Below, piece after piece: positions 17,335 to 27,074 of a DNA stretch of 64,000 bases; the stretch's first letter is position 1, and each line of letters begins with the position of its first letter. The DNA is from an uncultured Gammaproteobacteria bacterium (lineage in GTDB: Bacteria > Pseudomonadota > Gammaproteobacteria > Pseudomonadales > JAHEGP01), in contig CAWBXV010000003.1 in NCBI GenBank assembly GCA_963792875.1, forward strand, positions 32,318 to 96,317. Direction: 5' to 3'. A program made the position numbers and the translations under genes. The notes beneath the pieces are model-generated. The model worked only from the letters and a program-made list of their open reading frames with translations, made no database searches and was not told the DNA's origin.

Positions 17335-19185
17335 ATGACGGCTGAGGTGGTCTTTGCCCTGGCGGCCGTGGGCATGATCGCGCTGCTGTGTCAGTGGCTG
17401 GCGTGGGCAGTCCGGCTGCCGGCCATTCTGCCGCTGCTGCTGGCGGGCATCGTGCTGGGGCCGGTGACGGGCCTGCTGGACCCGGACGCCCTGTTCGGCG
17501 AGCTGTTGTTTCCCTTTGTTTCACTCTCGGTGGCCGTCATCCTGTTCGAGGGTGCGCTCAGTCTCAAGTTCGCCGATATTCAAGGCCACGGCAAAGTAGT
17601 CACCCGTCTGGTCACGCGGGGACTGCTGGTAAGCTTCGTGCTGATCTCTCTGGCGTCGCTGCTGGTTCTGGGGCTGTCGGTGCCGGCGTCGCTGCTGGTG
17701 GGGGCGGTTTCGGTCGTGACCGGGCCGACCGTTATCGCGCCGCTGCTGCGGGTCGCCAGGCCCAGCCCCGGCATCGACCGGATTCTGCGCTGGGAGGGCA
17801 TCCTCATCGACCCGATCGGTGCCGTGTTTGCCGTGCTCGTGTTCCAGCTGCTGCTGTCCAGCCATCAGACCGGCGCGCTGCTGGCGATGTGCGCGGATCT
17901 GGCGGCGATCATTCTGGTGGGGCTCGTGCTGGGGACCGTCGGCGGCTGGCTCTTCGATCAGGTCGTCCGACGGGGTTGGCTGCCCCGCGCGCTGCGCAAT
18001 TTCGGCATGCTGGCGTGGGTGCTCTTTATCTATGCCGGCGCAGAGATGCTGGCCCACGAGTCCGGTCTGCTGGCGGTGACGGTGATGGGGCTGTGGCTGG
18101 CGAACTGGGGCGAGCTGGAGCTTGAGGAGATCACCGAGTTCAAGGAAAATCTCTCCGTCATTCTGCTGTCGGCCGTGTTCGTCCTGCTGGCGGCGCGACT
18201 CGACCTGCGGGGACTCATCGAGTTTGGCTGGCCACTGCTGCTCTTTCTAGCCATCGTGCAGTGGCTGGTGCGCCCGCTCGGGGTGTGGGTATCGACGCTC
18301 GGGCAGGCGCTGGACTGGCGCGAGAAGGCCGCGCTGGGCTGGATTGCCCCGCGGGGCATCGTGGCGGCCGCGGTGTCGTCGCTGTTCGCGTTGTCCATGG
18401 CCAACGCGGGGCTGGCCGATGCCGACAAGCTCGTCTCGGTGGTGTTCGCCATCATCATCGGGACGGTCGTCCTGCAGAGCCTCACCGCAAAGCCCCTGCT
18501 CAGCGCGCTGGGTGTGCGGCGGCCGCCGTCGAACGGTGTGCTGATCGCCGGGGCCAACCGCCTGGCCAGGGAGCTCGGCCTCGCGCTGCAGGCGCAGGGT
18601 TTTCCGGTGCTGATGGCGGACCCGGTGTGGGAAAACTATCGGCGCTCGCGCATGGCGGGCCTGCCTGCCTACTACGGTCTGCCGCAGTCGGAGCAGGCCG
18701 AGGCGGCGCTGGATCTCGGCAGCATCGGGGTCGTGCTGGCGCTGTCGGCCAATACCCACCAGAACGCGCTGGCGGTCTACCACTTCAGCCACCTGCTGGG
18801 GGAAGAGAAGGTGTTTGCCTTGCGCTCGAATCCGGGTGAGGGCGGGGTGCGTAGAGAGAGCGCGTTGTTTCGGCGTCGTCAGTTGCTGTTTGCCGGCGAG
18901 GAGGGCTATGGCGCCCTGGCCAAGCGCTTGTCCCAGGGCTGGACGGTGAAAACGGTCCGGCTCGACGAGGCCGCGGGCTGGGCCGAGGTGGCCAGCCGTT
19001 ATGCGGGCGACGCCATCCCGCTGGTATGGGTAGACCCCGAGCGGCGCCGGGCGTACCCGCATGCCGGCGGGACCGCGCCGCCGGACGCGCCGCTGCTGGT
19101 GGTGGCGCTGGTCAACGGCGATCGCGTGGCGGCCGCAGATGGCGAGAGCCCGCAGCCGGCGGACCAGCCGGGCGCCGGCGGATGA
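17335..19185 (+). CDS. CPA1-family cation:proton (Na+/H+) antiporter with a C-terminal RCK/TrkA-N-like region
   Basis: About 400 aa of polytopic NhaP-like exchanger sequence, followed by VLIAGANRLARELGLALQAQGFPVLMAD (Rossmann-like). Confidence 0.8.
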   Translation: MTAEVVFALAAVGMIALLCQWLAWAVRLPAILPLLLAGIVLGPVTGLLDPDALFGELLFPFVSLSVAVILFEGALSLKFADIQGHGKVVTRLVTRGLLVSFVLISLASLLVLGLSVPASLLVGAVSVVTGPTVIAPLLRVARPSPGIDRILRWEGILIDPIGAVFAVLVFQLLLSSHQTGALLAMCADLAAIILVGLVLGTVGGWLFDQVVRRGWLPRALRNFGMLAWVLFIYAGAEMLAHESGLLAVTVMGLWLANWGELELEEITEFKENLSVILLSAVFVLLAARLDLRGLIEFGWPLLLFLAIVQWLVRPLGVWVSTLGQALDWREKAALGWIAPRGIVAAAVSSLFALSMANAGLADADKLVSVVFAIIIGTVVLQSLTAKPLLSALGVRRPPSNGVLIAGANRLARELGLALQAQGFPVLMADPVWENYRRSRMAGLPAYYGLPQSEQAEAALDLGSIGVVLALSANTHQNALAVYHFSHLLGEEKVFALRSNPGEGGVRRESALFRRRQLLFAGEEGYGALAKRLSQGWTVKTVRLDEAAGWAEVASRYAGDAIPLVWVDPERRRAYPHAGGTAPPDAPLLVVALVNGDRVAAADGESPQPADQPGAGG

Positions 19186-19288
19186 TGGCCTGGGTCCTGC
19201 GTCGATCTGGCGCAGGGTCTTTGGCGCGATGACAAAAAGCGAAAAGTGAATGGCTATCCGTAGCCTTATTTCTGACAAAATGGAGGGG

Positions 19289-20284
19289 ATGATGTTTTTG
19301 AGAACGCGATGTCAGGCGGTCCTGTTGTCGAGCTTGTGCGTGCTGCCGACGCTGGGTTGGGCCAGCGAACCCGTGCAGCCGATCGAGCCGGCCAAGGTTG
19401 AGAATGCCGCCCTGGTGGCACTGGGCAGGCAGCTCTATTTCGATCCCCGGCTGTCCAGGTCGGGTTTCATCTCGTGCAATTCCTGCCACAATCTGAGCAT
19501 GGGTGGCACGGACAACATCAAGACCTCCATCGGCCACAATTGGCACCAGGGACCGATCAATTCGCCGACCGTGCTGAATTCCAGTTACAACATCGCGCAG
19601 TTCTGGGATGGCCGGGCCGCGGACCTCAAGGAGCAGGCCGCCGGCCCCATCGCCAACCCGGGTGAGATGGCGTTCACGCATGAGGCGGCCGTGGCGGTGA
19701 TCGCCGCCATCCCAGGCTATGTCGCAACCTTCCAGCAGGTATTCGGCAACAGTGGGGTCACCGTCGACCGCATCACCAGCGCCATCGCCGAGTTTGAGAA
19801 GACTCTGGTCACTCCCAACTCGCGCTTTGACCAATGGCTGAAGGGCGACCAGAAGGCGCTGGACGCGCAGGAGCTGGCCGGCTACGAGCTGTTCAAGAGC
19901 GCCGGCTGTGTGGCCTGCCACAATGGCCCGGCGCTGGGCGGCACGTCGTTTCAGAAGATGGGGCTGGTAAAGCCCTACGAGACCGACAACCCGGCGGTCG
20001 GGCGCGCGGCGGTGACGGGCAAGGATGCCGACCGCATGCACTTCAAGGTGCCCACGCTCAGAAACATCGAGCTGACCTACCCCTATTTCCATGATGGCGG
20101 GGCAGCCACGCTGGGAGAGGCGGTGGCTACCATGGGCAAGCTGCAGTTGGGCCGGGAGTTCAGTCCCGAGGAAAACGCCAGCATCGTCGCCTTTCTGAAG
20201 ACGCTGACCGGCGACCAGCCGACGTTCCCGCTGCCCATTCTGCCGCCGTCCGTGGACGCCACACCGAGGCCCGAGCCCTTCTAG
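19289..20284 (+). CDS. Di-haem cytochrome c peroxidase (CCP/MauG family)
   Basis: Two CxxCH motifs (CNSCHN, CVACHN) and a signal peptide. GGAGGGG lies just upstream of ATGATG at 19289; the track start (19250) is less likely. Confidence 0.85.
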   Translation: MMFLRTRCQAVLLSSLCVLPTLGWASEPVQPIEPAKVENAALVALGRQLYFDPRLSRSGFISCNSCHNLSMGGTDNIKTSIGHNWHQGPINSPTVLNSSYNIAQFWDGRAADLKEQAAGPIANPGEMAFTHEAAVAVIAAIPGYVATFQQVFGNSGVTVDRITSAIAEFEKTLVTPNSRFDQWLKGDQKALDAQELAGYELFKSAGCVACHNGPALGGTSFQKMGLVKPYETDNPAVGRAAVTGKDADRMHFKVPTLRNIELTYPYFHDGGAATLGEAVATMGKLQLGREFSPEENASIVAFLKTLTGDQPTFPLPILPPSVDATPRPEPF

Positions 20285-20296
20285 GGCGGGTGCGCG

Positions 20297-20330
20297 CTGC
20301 GCTGGCGGCGCTCAGGCCGCCGCAGCGCAG
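20297..20330. terminator. GC-rich hairpin between convergent genes (possible bidirectional terminator)
   Basis: ctgcgctggcggc-gctcag-gccgccgcagcgcag lies between the ccp stop and the stop of the minus-strand gene. There is no clear U-tract. Confidence 0.35.
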
Positions 20331-20341
20331 ACCCGCAGGGT

Positions 20342-20701
20342 TCAGCGGGTCTTGCCGAGGCTGGACCGCAGCATCACGACGTTGCTGTGGTCCTGCCACG
20401 CCCGCAGTGGCGCGTCGTCGTTGATGGGCTCGCAGTCCCGCACTCTCGACAGCAGGTTGGGGGATACATTCCAGCGCTGGCCGCCCTCGGTAATGACCGT
20501 GACGGTCTTCTTGTTGAAGCGGACCAGCGTGCCAGTCTGACGATGCCTGCCTGGCGGTTTGAAACAGACGCTCTCGCCCACGTCGAACTGCATCATTTCG
20601 CGGTGGATGTGCTGCGAGTGCAGTTCTTTGAGTCTCTCCACGACTCGAAGGTTGAGCGCAATCAGTTGGTCTTCCGTGAGGTTGTCGATATCGATATTCA
20701 T
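20342..20701 (-). CDS. Conserved hypothetical protein (119 aa)
   Basis: Clean ORF with an AT-rich upstream region. The N-terminal helix plus a small beta domain (…RFNKKTVTVITEGGQRWNVSPNLL…) recalls a widespread proteobacterial hypothetical family. Function is unknown. Confidence 0.55.
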   Translation of the reverse strand: MNIDIDNLTEDQLIALNLRVVERLKELHSQHIHREMMQFDVGESVCFKPPGRHRQTGTLVRFNKKTVTVITEGGQRWNVSPNLLSRVRDCEPINDDAPLRAWQDHSNVVMLRSSLGKTR

Positions 20702-21018
20702 GCAGCGGACTCTATAGCATAGTCTGTATTATTATCGGGAGCGTTATGCACTCCGGTCGCTGTCTGACGGATCGACAAGGCGGCGGCCCAACCGTTGGCT
20801 TCCCCGTGAGGTGCCCGTTGCCGGAACCTCGCCAGAGAGGCGGTGGCCACGCCACCGGTTGCGCACTTGCCGCGATGATCGCCGTTACTTCCCTGTTTCC
20901 CTCCTGCCAATACCTGCCGGGCGTCACAAAAGCCTCAGGCGACGCCATCCTAACCTAATCAACGCTTGCAATCCAGCCCCATGCGTGGTTGCTGCGGGCG
21001 GCGCGGCAGGGGCCGGAC

Positions 21019-21177
21019 TCAGCCGTATCGCTGCCGCATGTCGGCGACGGCGCGGGCAATCGGGGCGCTCATCATGGCGACTCTCGTGTGAGCGTCGGCA
21101 CGCTTGCGAGGGTGCCCGATGGCGTCGATAAAAGCGCCTACGTCGGCGTCACTTGGGCGGGTTTTCAGTGGCGGCAT
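21019..21177 (-). pseudogene. Possible internally deleted remnant of a DUF1801/YdhG-like gene (52 aa)
   Basis: MPPLKTRPSDADVGAFIDAIGHPRKRADAH... resembles a DUF1801 N-terminus, and ...AVADMRQRYG* resembles the family C-terminus. The middle, roughly 90 aa, is missing. This rests on memory of the family only. Confidence 0.3.
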
Positions 21178-21236
21178 GAGTGACGGTCCCTCCGGCTCGT
21201 TTGGCGCCTGTTCCTGGGGTGGTCTGCGCCAGGTGC

Positions 21237-22154
21237 CTAGCGGTACGCTGCGGTCAGTTCCAGCGATCGGTCCCAGAGCGCCCTCGCCAGCGCGGCATCG
21301 CTGGCCAGGCGGCTGGGTGTTGCGGGGTTGCAGTCGGCGAAGTACTGGCCGCTGACCCTGCGCAGGTCGCGGTGGGCCGCGACGTAGCATTGGGTGGCGG
21401 CGCCGGCCGCGACGCTCCGCTGCAGCGGCTTGCTGAGCGTGGCAAGCGCCTGGGCAAAGTGACCACTGGCGTGGCGGCCGAGACGGGTGACCACCACGCC
21501 GGGGTGGACGGCATTGGCGGTGGTCGTGCCGCCATAGAGGCGCCGCGCCAGCTCGTTGGACGTCAGCAGGTTGGCGAGTTTCGACTGGCCATAGAAGCGC
21601 CAGGGATCATAGCCCCTGGCGCCATTCAGATTGTCGAAGTCGATGCCGCCCTTGACGGTGTGGTGATGCGCCATGCTCGAAACGATCACGCAGCGGCCCG
21701 CCGGGGCCTGAGTGAGCTGCGCGAGCAGGCGGTTGATCAGCAGAAAATGCCCGAGGTGGTTGGTGAGGAACTGCAGCTCCAGCCCCGCCTTGATGTGCAG
21801 ATCGGGCAGCGCCATGATGCCCGCGTTGCACATCAGCACGTCCAGCGGCAGGGCCAGCGCCGCCACGGCGTCCGCGCAGCGTGCTACCGATGACAGATCG
21901 CTCAGGTCGCAGGCAAGGGGGGTGGTCGGGCCCGGTACCCTGGCGCAGGCCTGTGCCGCGCTGTCCCGGGTCCTGGCCAGACCGATCACGTGAGCGCCTC
22001 GGGAGGCCAGTACGCGCATCGACTCGAAGCCCAGCCCCGAGCTGACGCCGGTGATGACCATGGTCTTTCCGGTCAGATTGATGCCGTCGCACACCTCCTC
22101 GGCGGTGCTGTGCCGATTGAATCTGGACTGCGTCGCTTGGGTCATCGGGGCCAT
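21237..22154 (-). CDS. SDR-family oxidoreductase (retinol dehydrogenase-like)
   Basis: ITGVSSGLGFES (TGxxxGxG) is present. The catalytic Y...K is implied in YGQSKLAN. Start chosen at MAPMTQ...; the track start is 22199. Confidence 0.8.
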   Translation of the reverse strand: MAPMTQATQSRFNRHSTAEEVCDGINLTGKTMVITGVSSGLGFESMRVLASRGAHVIGLARTRDSAAQACARVPGPTTPLACDLSDLSSVARCADAVAALALPLDVLMCNAGIMALPDLHIKAGLELQFLTNHLGHFLLINRLLAQLTQAPAGRCVIVSSMAHHHTVKGGIDFDNLNGARGYDPWRFYGQSKLANLLTSNELARRLYGGTTTANAVHPGVVVTRLGRHASGHFAQALATLSKPLQRSVAAGAATQCYVAAHRDLRRVSGQYFADCNPATPSRLASDAALARALWDRSLELTAAYR

Positions 22155-22298
22155 CGAGTCACCGGATCTTCCGTGCCTGTGTGAGGGGCCGCCGGGCATG
22201 GCAAAGGGACGAGGTGGTCAGCGTTCCGCCCGTGCCCGCGATGCCAGCCGATGTCGCCGCGGTCCGGCGTGCGTGCCCGCCAGGCCCGAGGCGCCGGC

Positions 22299-23159
22299 TT
22301 AGTCGAGCGGTACATTCGCCCAGTCCTGGTCCGCCTGGTTCAGCGACATCAGAAAGCGGCGCACGGTGTGCGGCCAGCGCTCGGGATCCTGGGCGCTGCC
22401 GCTCACCTGCAACTCGGCATGGGGCAGCGTGTTGGCCAGGGCGATGGCATTGGCCAGCGGGTGCACCGCGTCGTCGGGCCAGGCCAGCACGAGCGCGGGC
22501 ATGGTCAGCCTGGCCAGCCGTTCCGGCGGCGGCAGGTCCGACAGCGCGGCGCCGCGCAGGGCGTTACTGATGCCGCTGGGGCTGGCATCGGCCAGCAGGC
22601 GGCCGCTTGCCCGCTCCATGCGCGTGCGCAGGTCAGCGCCGGGGGCAAGCGGTAGCCATCGCAGCAGTTTCAGCGGCAGGCCGCGCGTGAGGGCGACGAG
22701 CGAGGCGGACAGCTCGTAGACTCTGGCGGTCTTTTTGCGGTCCGCGTAGGCGGTGGGAGGCAGCACCAGCACCAGCCCCCGCACGCGGTCGGGGTGCTGG
22801 CAGGCGGCATGCAGTGCCGTAGCGCAGCCCATGGAGGCGCCGCCGAGGATGACCTTGGCGCGGTTGCCGGCATGGCAATCGGCGACCTGCCACATGTCTC
22901 TGGCGAGACCCGGCCAGGCGTAGTCCACCGCTGCGCCGGCCGACTCTGAGCGACCGTGCCCGCGGGCATCGTAGCGAATGATGCGGGCGATATCGACGCA
23001 CTCCTGCCAGCCGAATACGCCCATGGTGTCTTCCTGCGCCATGCTGCCCAGCAGCGTATGGCCCCAGATAAACGCCCGCCCGCTGCCGTCGGCCCGGCTG
23101 GCGAGCAGCGCCGGGTGACTACCCTCGGCGAGGACCCACTGGATGTCTGGTTGGTTCAT
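22299..23159 (-). CDS. Alpha/beta-fold hydrolase
   Basis: GGASMG nucleophile-elbow-like motif (GxSxG) and typical length and architecture. Confidence 0.7.
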   Translation of the reverse strand: MNQPDIQWVLAEGSHPALLASRADGSGRAFIWGHTLLGSMAQEDTMGVFGWQECVDIARIIRYDARGHGRSESAGAAVDYAWPGLARDMWQVADCHAGNRAKVILGGASMGCATALHAACQHPDRVRGLVLVLPPTAYADRKKTARVYELSASLVALTRGLPLKLLRWLPLAPGADLRTRMERASGRLLADASPSGISNALRGAALSDLPPPERLARLTMPALVLAWPDDAVHPLANAIALANTLPHAELQVSGSAQDPERWPHTVRRFLMSLNQADQDWANVPLD

Positions 23160-23269
23160 GTCAACGCTCCCGGCTGCGCGGTCGGTAGCGCGGGTCCCAG
23201 CACGCGCCTGGCGCCGCGCCTCGGCGCGAACGTCCCTCCTCCGCCCGGGCCGGGTAGAGGGCGCAGCGC

Positions 23270-24217
23270 TCAGTGTGTGGACTTGCGCCCGCGCGGCTGG
23301 TCGCCGTCATCCAGCGTGTCCTTGTGCCAGGCGGTCAGCAGCACATCGATGATCTCCGCGGACGCTTCCAGTCCGCCCAGGTGGCCGGCCTCCGCGCGCA
23401 CGTGCAGGTTGGCATGGGGTATCCTGCTGGCAATGTGGTGGCCGTGCTCGATCGGCACGATCGTGTCGGCGTCCCCGTAGATGAGGTACACCGGAACCCG
23501 GATGTCGGCCAGGCGGAAGCCCCAGTCGCGAGCAAACAGCCGCGTGTCCAGGAATATCGCCTGCATGTTGCCGCGGCTGCCGAGAATCAGGTCGTCCAGA
23601 AACATTTCGCGGACCAGCGGGTCGGCAAAGACCCGCTGATCTCCCGGCGGCATGAAGCGGGAGAAGGTCTTGATGCACTGTTCCGCCAGCGGTGTCAGGG
23701 CGTAGATAGCGCCCTGCAACAGGCTGCCCAGCGGACGGTGCAACGGGCCGACTACGCCGCCCACGCGCCGCCAGCCCTCGCTGGCGGCGCCTTTGGCCGC
23801 ATCGGGGCCATGGGCGGGGGCGACCCCCCCCAGGATAGCTGCCACCACCACGCGGTCGGGCATCCTGGCGGCGCAGGCCAGCGCGAACGGACCCCCGCCC
23901 GAGAGCCCGGCGACGCCGAAGCGGTCGAGCGACATGGCGTCGGCCAGCTCGCCGACATCGTTGGCAAAATCGCCGATGCAGGCGTGGCGGTGGGGAGTCG
24001 AGTCGCCGACCCCGGGGCGCTCGATGCAGATGATGCGTACCCCTTTTTTCAGGGCCAGCCGCCGCGTCTCGGGGGCGATCTGGCGGCGTGCGCCAGGGGT
24101 GCCGTGAAACCACAGCAGCGGCAGCCCGGCGGCTGGTCCGAATTCGGCGTAGCCCAGCTTGCGCCCGTCCTTCAGTCGCAAGGTGCCTTCTACGCGAGGT
24201 GGAATGAGCGTGTTCAT
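23270..24217 (-). CDS. Alpha/beta-fold hydrolase
   Basis: HGTPG oxyanion-region motif, GLSGGG nucleophile elbow, and a C-terminal ...GHL... His region. Confidence 0.8.
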   Translation of the reverse strand: MNTLIPPRVEGTLRLKDGRKLGYAEFGPAAGLPLLWFHGTPGARRQIAPETRRLALKKGVRIICIERPGVGDSTPHRHACIGDFANDVGELADAMSLDRFGVAGLSGGGPFALACAARMPDRVVVAAILGGVAPAHGPDAAKGAASEGWRRVGGVVGPLHRPLGSLLQGAIYALTPLAEQCIKTFSRFMPPGDQRVFADPLVREMFLDDLILGSRGNMQAIFLDTRLFARDWGFRLADIRVPVYLIYGDADTIVPIEHGHHIASRIPHANLHVRAEAGHLGGLEASAEIIDVLLTAWHKDTLDDGDQPRGRKSTH

Positions 24218-24490
24218 GTCGATAACCCGTTGGCTGCCGTTGTTATTGTGATGCTGGCGGGTGGCGCTGCCCGGTATGCCGCAGCAGGCAGCGCTCCATT
24301 GGCGCCGCTCCCAATGCTAAAGGGCTGTCCGGTGAGAAGCAAACCCTTTTCGGCGGGCCTGTCCCGGGGCGCCGCCGGGGCATCGGCAGCACCGGCCGCC
24401 GGTACGCCGGCCGCCGGTGTTTCGATTGCGCACAGGGTCTCGTATCATTGGCGGCCTTTGGTCGGTTTCAACAGAGGAGTGTTACAGCCA

Positions 24491-24871
24491 ATGACGAAGA
24501 GCTTCGATGCCAACGCGCTTATGGCGCTGTGTTTACTGCTGGTCTCGTGGCTGGCCTGGGGCGGCCTGCCCGCGCCGCAGGAGGGTATGGCCTCCTATTA
24601 TGCGGATTCCCTGCAGGGCAATCGCACCGCCAGCGGCGCCAAGTATGACAAGAATGCCCTGACGGCCGCTCACCAGACGCTGCGCTTCGGGACGCGCGTC
24701 AGAGTGACCAATGTGGCCAACGGCAAAGCGGTGGAGGTGACGATCAACGACCGCGGTCCGCATACCAAGCGCCGCATCATTGATCTGTCGCGCGCGGCCG
24801 CGAGCAAGCTGGGCATCCTGGATGCCGGTGTCGCCAAGGTCCGCGTCGAGGTGCTCAAGGTGCCGGATTAG
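24491..24871 (+). CDS. RlpA-like double-psi beta-barrel (DPBB) lipoprotein or secreted protein
   Basis: ASYYADSLQGNRTASGAKYD…VRVTNVANGKAVEVTINDRGP is the classic RlpA DPBB signature. Only the last 126 codons of track ORF 23273-24871 are credible. Confidence 0.8.
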   Translation: MTKSFDANALMALCLLLVSWLAWGGLPAPQEGMASYYADSLQGNRTASGAKYDKNALTAAHQTLRFGTRVRVTNVANGKAVEVTINDRGPHTKRRIIDLSRAAASKLGILDAGVAKVRVEVLKVPD

Positions 24872-25434
24872 TCGCCCGCTGGCTGCCCCGGCCCGCCCGT
24901 GCTGCCTGGGCTCGTCCCCGCCGCGGTGCCGGCGGTGGGCGCCGGCACCGCGGCGTGCTGGCGGGGCGCGTCGGGCAGGGCGGCATCCGAGGCCTGTGCC
25001 TGCTGTCGTGCCTCCCATTCCAGAAAGCGGTCGATGTCCACTTTCACCTGGCTGATGGTCCAGGCGATCAGCGCCACGTCATCCATGAGTCCGAGCACCG
25101 GCAGCAGGTCGGGGATAAAATCCAGCGGCATGACGAAGTAGACGATGGCCGCCGTGACCACGGCCAGCGTGCGCCATGGGATGGCCCGATACTGCCCGGT
25201 CGCGTAGGCGGTCAGCATGCGCATCAGCACTTGCAGGCCTTCGCCGACCGCCTCGATGGATTGGCTGGCGACATCGTTGATTTTAGTCTGGGCGTCGCTG
25301 ATCAGCCGCTTCATATCCTCCGGGTTGCGCAGGTAGTCATTGGCCAGGTTGATGGCGCGCAGGTAGCTCTTGTGGTTTCTCACTACACTCTGCTTGACGA
25401 GATTGCTGATAGCCATGGCGGGGGTCGCTTGCAT
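24868..25434 (-). CDS. DUF1232 (YkvA-like) membrane protein
   Basis: YFVMPLDFIPDLLPVLGLMDDVALI motif. The stop overlaps the rlpA-like stop by 4 nt (convergent genes). Confidence 0.65.
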   Translation of the reverse strand: MQATPAMAISNLVKQSVVRNHKSYLRAINLANDYLRNPEDMKRLISDAQTKINDVASQSIEAVGEGLQVLMRMLTAYATGQYRAIPWRTLAVVTAAIVYFVMPLDFIPDLLPVLGLMDDVALIAWTISQVKVDIDRFLEWEARQQAQASDAALPDAPRQHAAVPAPTAGTAAGTSPGSTGGPGQPAGD

Positions 25435-25630
25435 CGGTCGACGGGCGGTCTAGATTACCGGCTTCTCCACGCGAAAGCCATCGGTGGCCGGGCGTCCCGC
25501 CGCCATTGCTGGTGCCGCGGGCGCGTCCTGGGCTAGTATCAGGGGAGCCCGGCGGTCGCTGTGGAGGTGCCTCAGTTGCGGCACATGACCCGGTGGAGTG
25601 GTAAGGGAGTGACCAGACAGGAGCTATTTG

Positions 25631-27043
25631 ATGGCTAGCAGTAGCTTCACGCGCCTCACGGCGGAGGAACTGCAGTTTCTGGTGATGGAGGCGCCATCGG
25701 TGCCGATGGATATCGTCTCCACGCAGGTCTATGGCGCCGGGCGGCTGTCGACCCCGGATGGCGGCGTGGACCTTGCCGCCTACCGGGAGCTGATCGGCGC
25801 CATGCTGCAGCGCATGCCGCGCTTTCGCAAGAAGCTCAAGTGGATACCTTATGCGGACATCCCGGTCTGGGTGGATGACCCGGCTTTCTCGATCGACTAT
25901 CACATCCGCCACACGGCGCTGCCCCGGCCCGGTTCGCCGCAGCAGCTGAAAAAGCTCACGGCGCGTATCGCCGGTCGCGCGCTCGATCGCGATCGCCCGC
26001 TCTGGGAGATCTGGCTGGTTGAGGGGCTCGAGCAGGGTGGCTATGCCATCATCAGCAAGATCCATCACGCTATGCTGAGTGCGGTGGACGCACCCAGCCT
26101 TGCCACGGTGCTGATGTCGAAGGAGCCGGTGCCCAAGGTGCCCCCCCTGCGGCCTTTCGTGCCGTCGAAGCCGCCGTCCGAGGTGTCGCTGCTCTGGGAT
26201 GAGTGGCAGCGGCGCTACTCCATGCCCATCGACGCCCTGCGCAATGCCGGGGAGATGCTGCTGCGCACCCGGGGCGGGCGCAGTGAACTGGAGCGGCGAG
26301 TCGGTGCGATGAAGCACTCCTGGACGTCGATCATCAGGCGGCCGCGCGCCACTCCGGTCAACGGCGAACTCAGCGGGCAGCGTCGCGTGGAGTGGCTGGA
26401 CCTGCCGTTGGCGCCGCTGCTGCAGGCGCGGCGCATGCTGGTCTGCAGCCTCAGCGATGTGCTGATTGCGCTGCTCGGTGGCGGCGTGCGCGCGATCTAC
26501 CGTGAGCGGGACATCGCGCCGCCAGGCGGAGCGTTCAGGGTGGCGGTGCCGGTCTATCTGCCGGACTCCGACCCCGAGGGTGGCCGCTCCGCCACCTGGC
26601 TGCTCGATCTGTGCATCGACGAGCCCAGCCCGTCCGCCCGACTCAACCATATCGCAGCGCAGAGCGCCGATATGGATGGCGAGGAGAGTGAGGTCTCCAT
26701 CGAGCGCATGATGAATCCAACGCGCTGGGCCGCGCCGGGCTTTCTGTCGCTGTTCAGCACGGGCAAGCAGCTGTGCGCCAATACCCTGATGGCCCCGATA
26801 GCGGGCCCGCAGGCTCCGCTCTACTCGATGGGGGCCAAGATGATTGGCATCTATCCCCACGTGCCGCTGCAGCCGGGCATCGGCTTGACCACGGGCCTGA
26901 TGAGCTACCACGGCAAGATGTGCTGGAGCTTCAACGCCGACTACGATCTGGTGCCCGATATCCACGCCGTGCCCAGGGGTGTGGCCCAGGCATTTGACCA
27001 GCTGATGGAAGAGCTGGGTATCGACGCCGCTGCCGACCGCTGA
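25631..27043 (+). CDS. WS/DGAT-family O-acyltransferase (wax ester synthase / diacylglycerol acyltransferase-like) with a non-canonical active-site motif
   Basis: DRPLWEIWLVEGLEQGGYAIISKIHHAMLSAVD sits at the position of the HHxxxDG motif, and the C-terminal DUF1298-like half is present. AGGAG lies 7 nt upstream of ATG 25631. Confidence 0.7.
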   Translation: MASSSFTRLTAEELQFLVMEAPSVPMDIVSTQVYGAGRLSTPDGGVDLAAYRELIGAMLQRMPRFRKKLKWIPYADIPVWVDDPAFSIDYHIRHTALPRPGSPQQLKKLTARIAGRALDRDRPLWEIWLVEGLEQGGYAIISKIHHAMLSAVDAPSLATVLMSKEPVPKVPPLRPFVPSKPPSEVSLLWDEWQRRYSMPIDALRNAGEMLLRTRGGRSELERRVGAMKHSWTSIIRRPRATPVNGELSGQRRVEWLDLPLAPLLQARRMLVCSLSDVLIALLGGGVRAIYRERDIAPPGGAFRVAVPVYLPDSDPEGGRSATWLLDLCIDEPSPSARLNHIAAQSADMDGEESEVSIERMMNPTRWAAPGFLSLFSTGKQLCANTLMAPIAGPQAPLYSMGAKMIGIYPHVPLQPGIGLTTGLMSYHGKMCWSFNADYDLVPDIHAVPRGVAQAFDQLMEELGIDAAADR

Positions 27044-27074
27044 CGGGGCTGCTGCGGTCGGCGTCGGGCCGGCT

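Noticed and set aside
23273-24490. N-terminal about 400 codons of the 532-aa plus-strand ORF 23273-24871.
   Set aside because: This part is antisense to the alpha/beta hydrolase (23270-24217) and has no features. Only the C-terminal 126 codons, from ATG 24491, form the RlpA-like gene.
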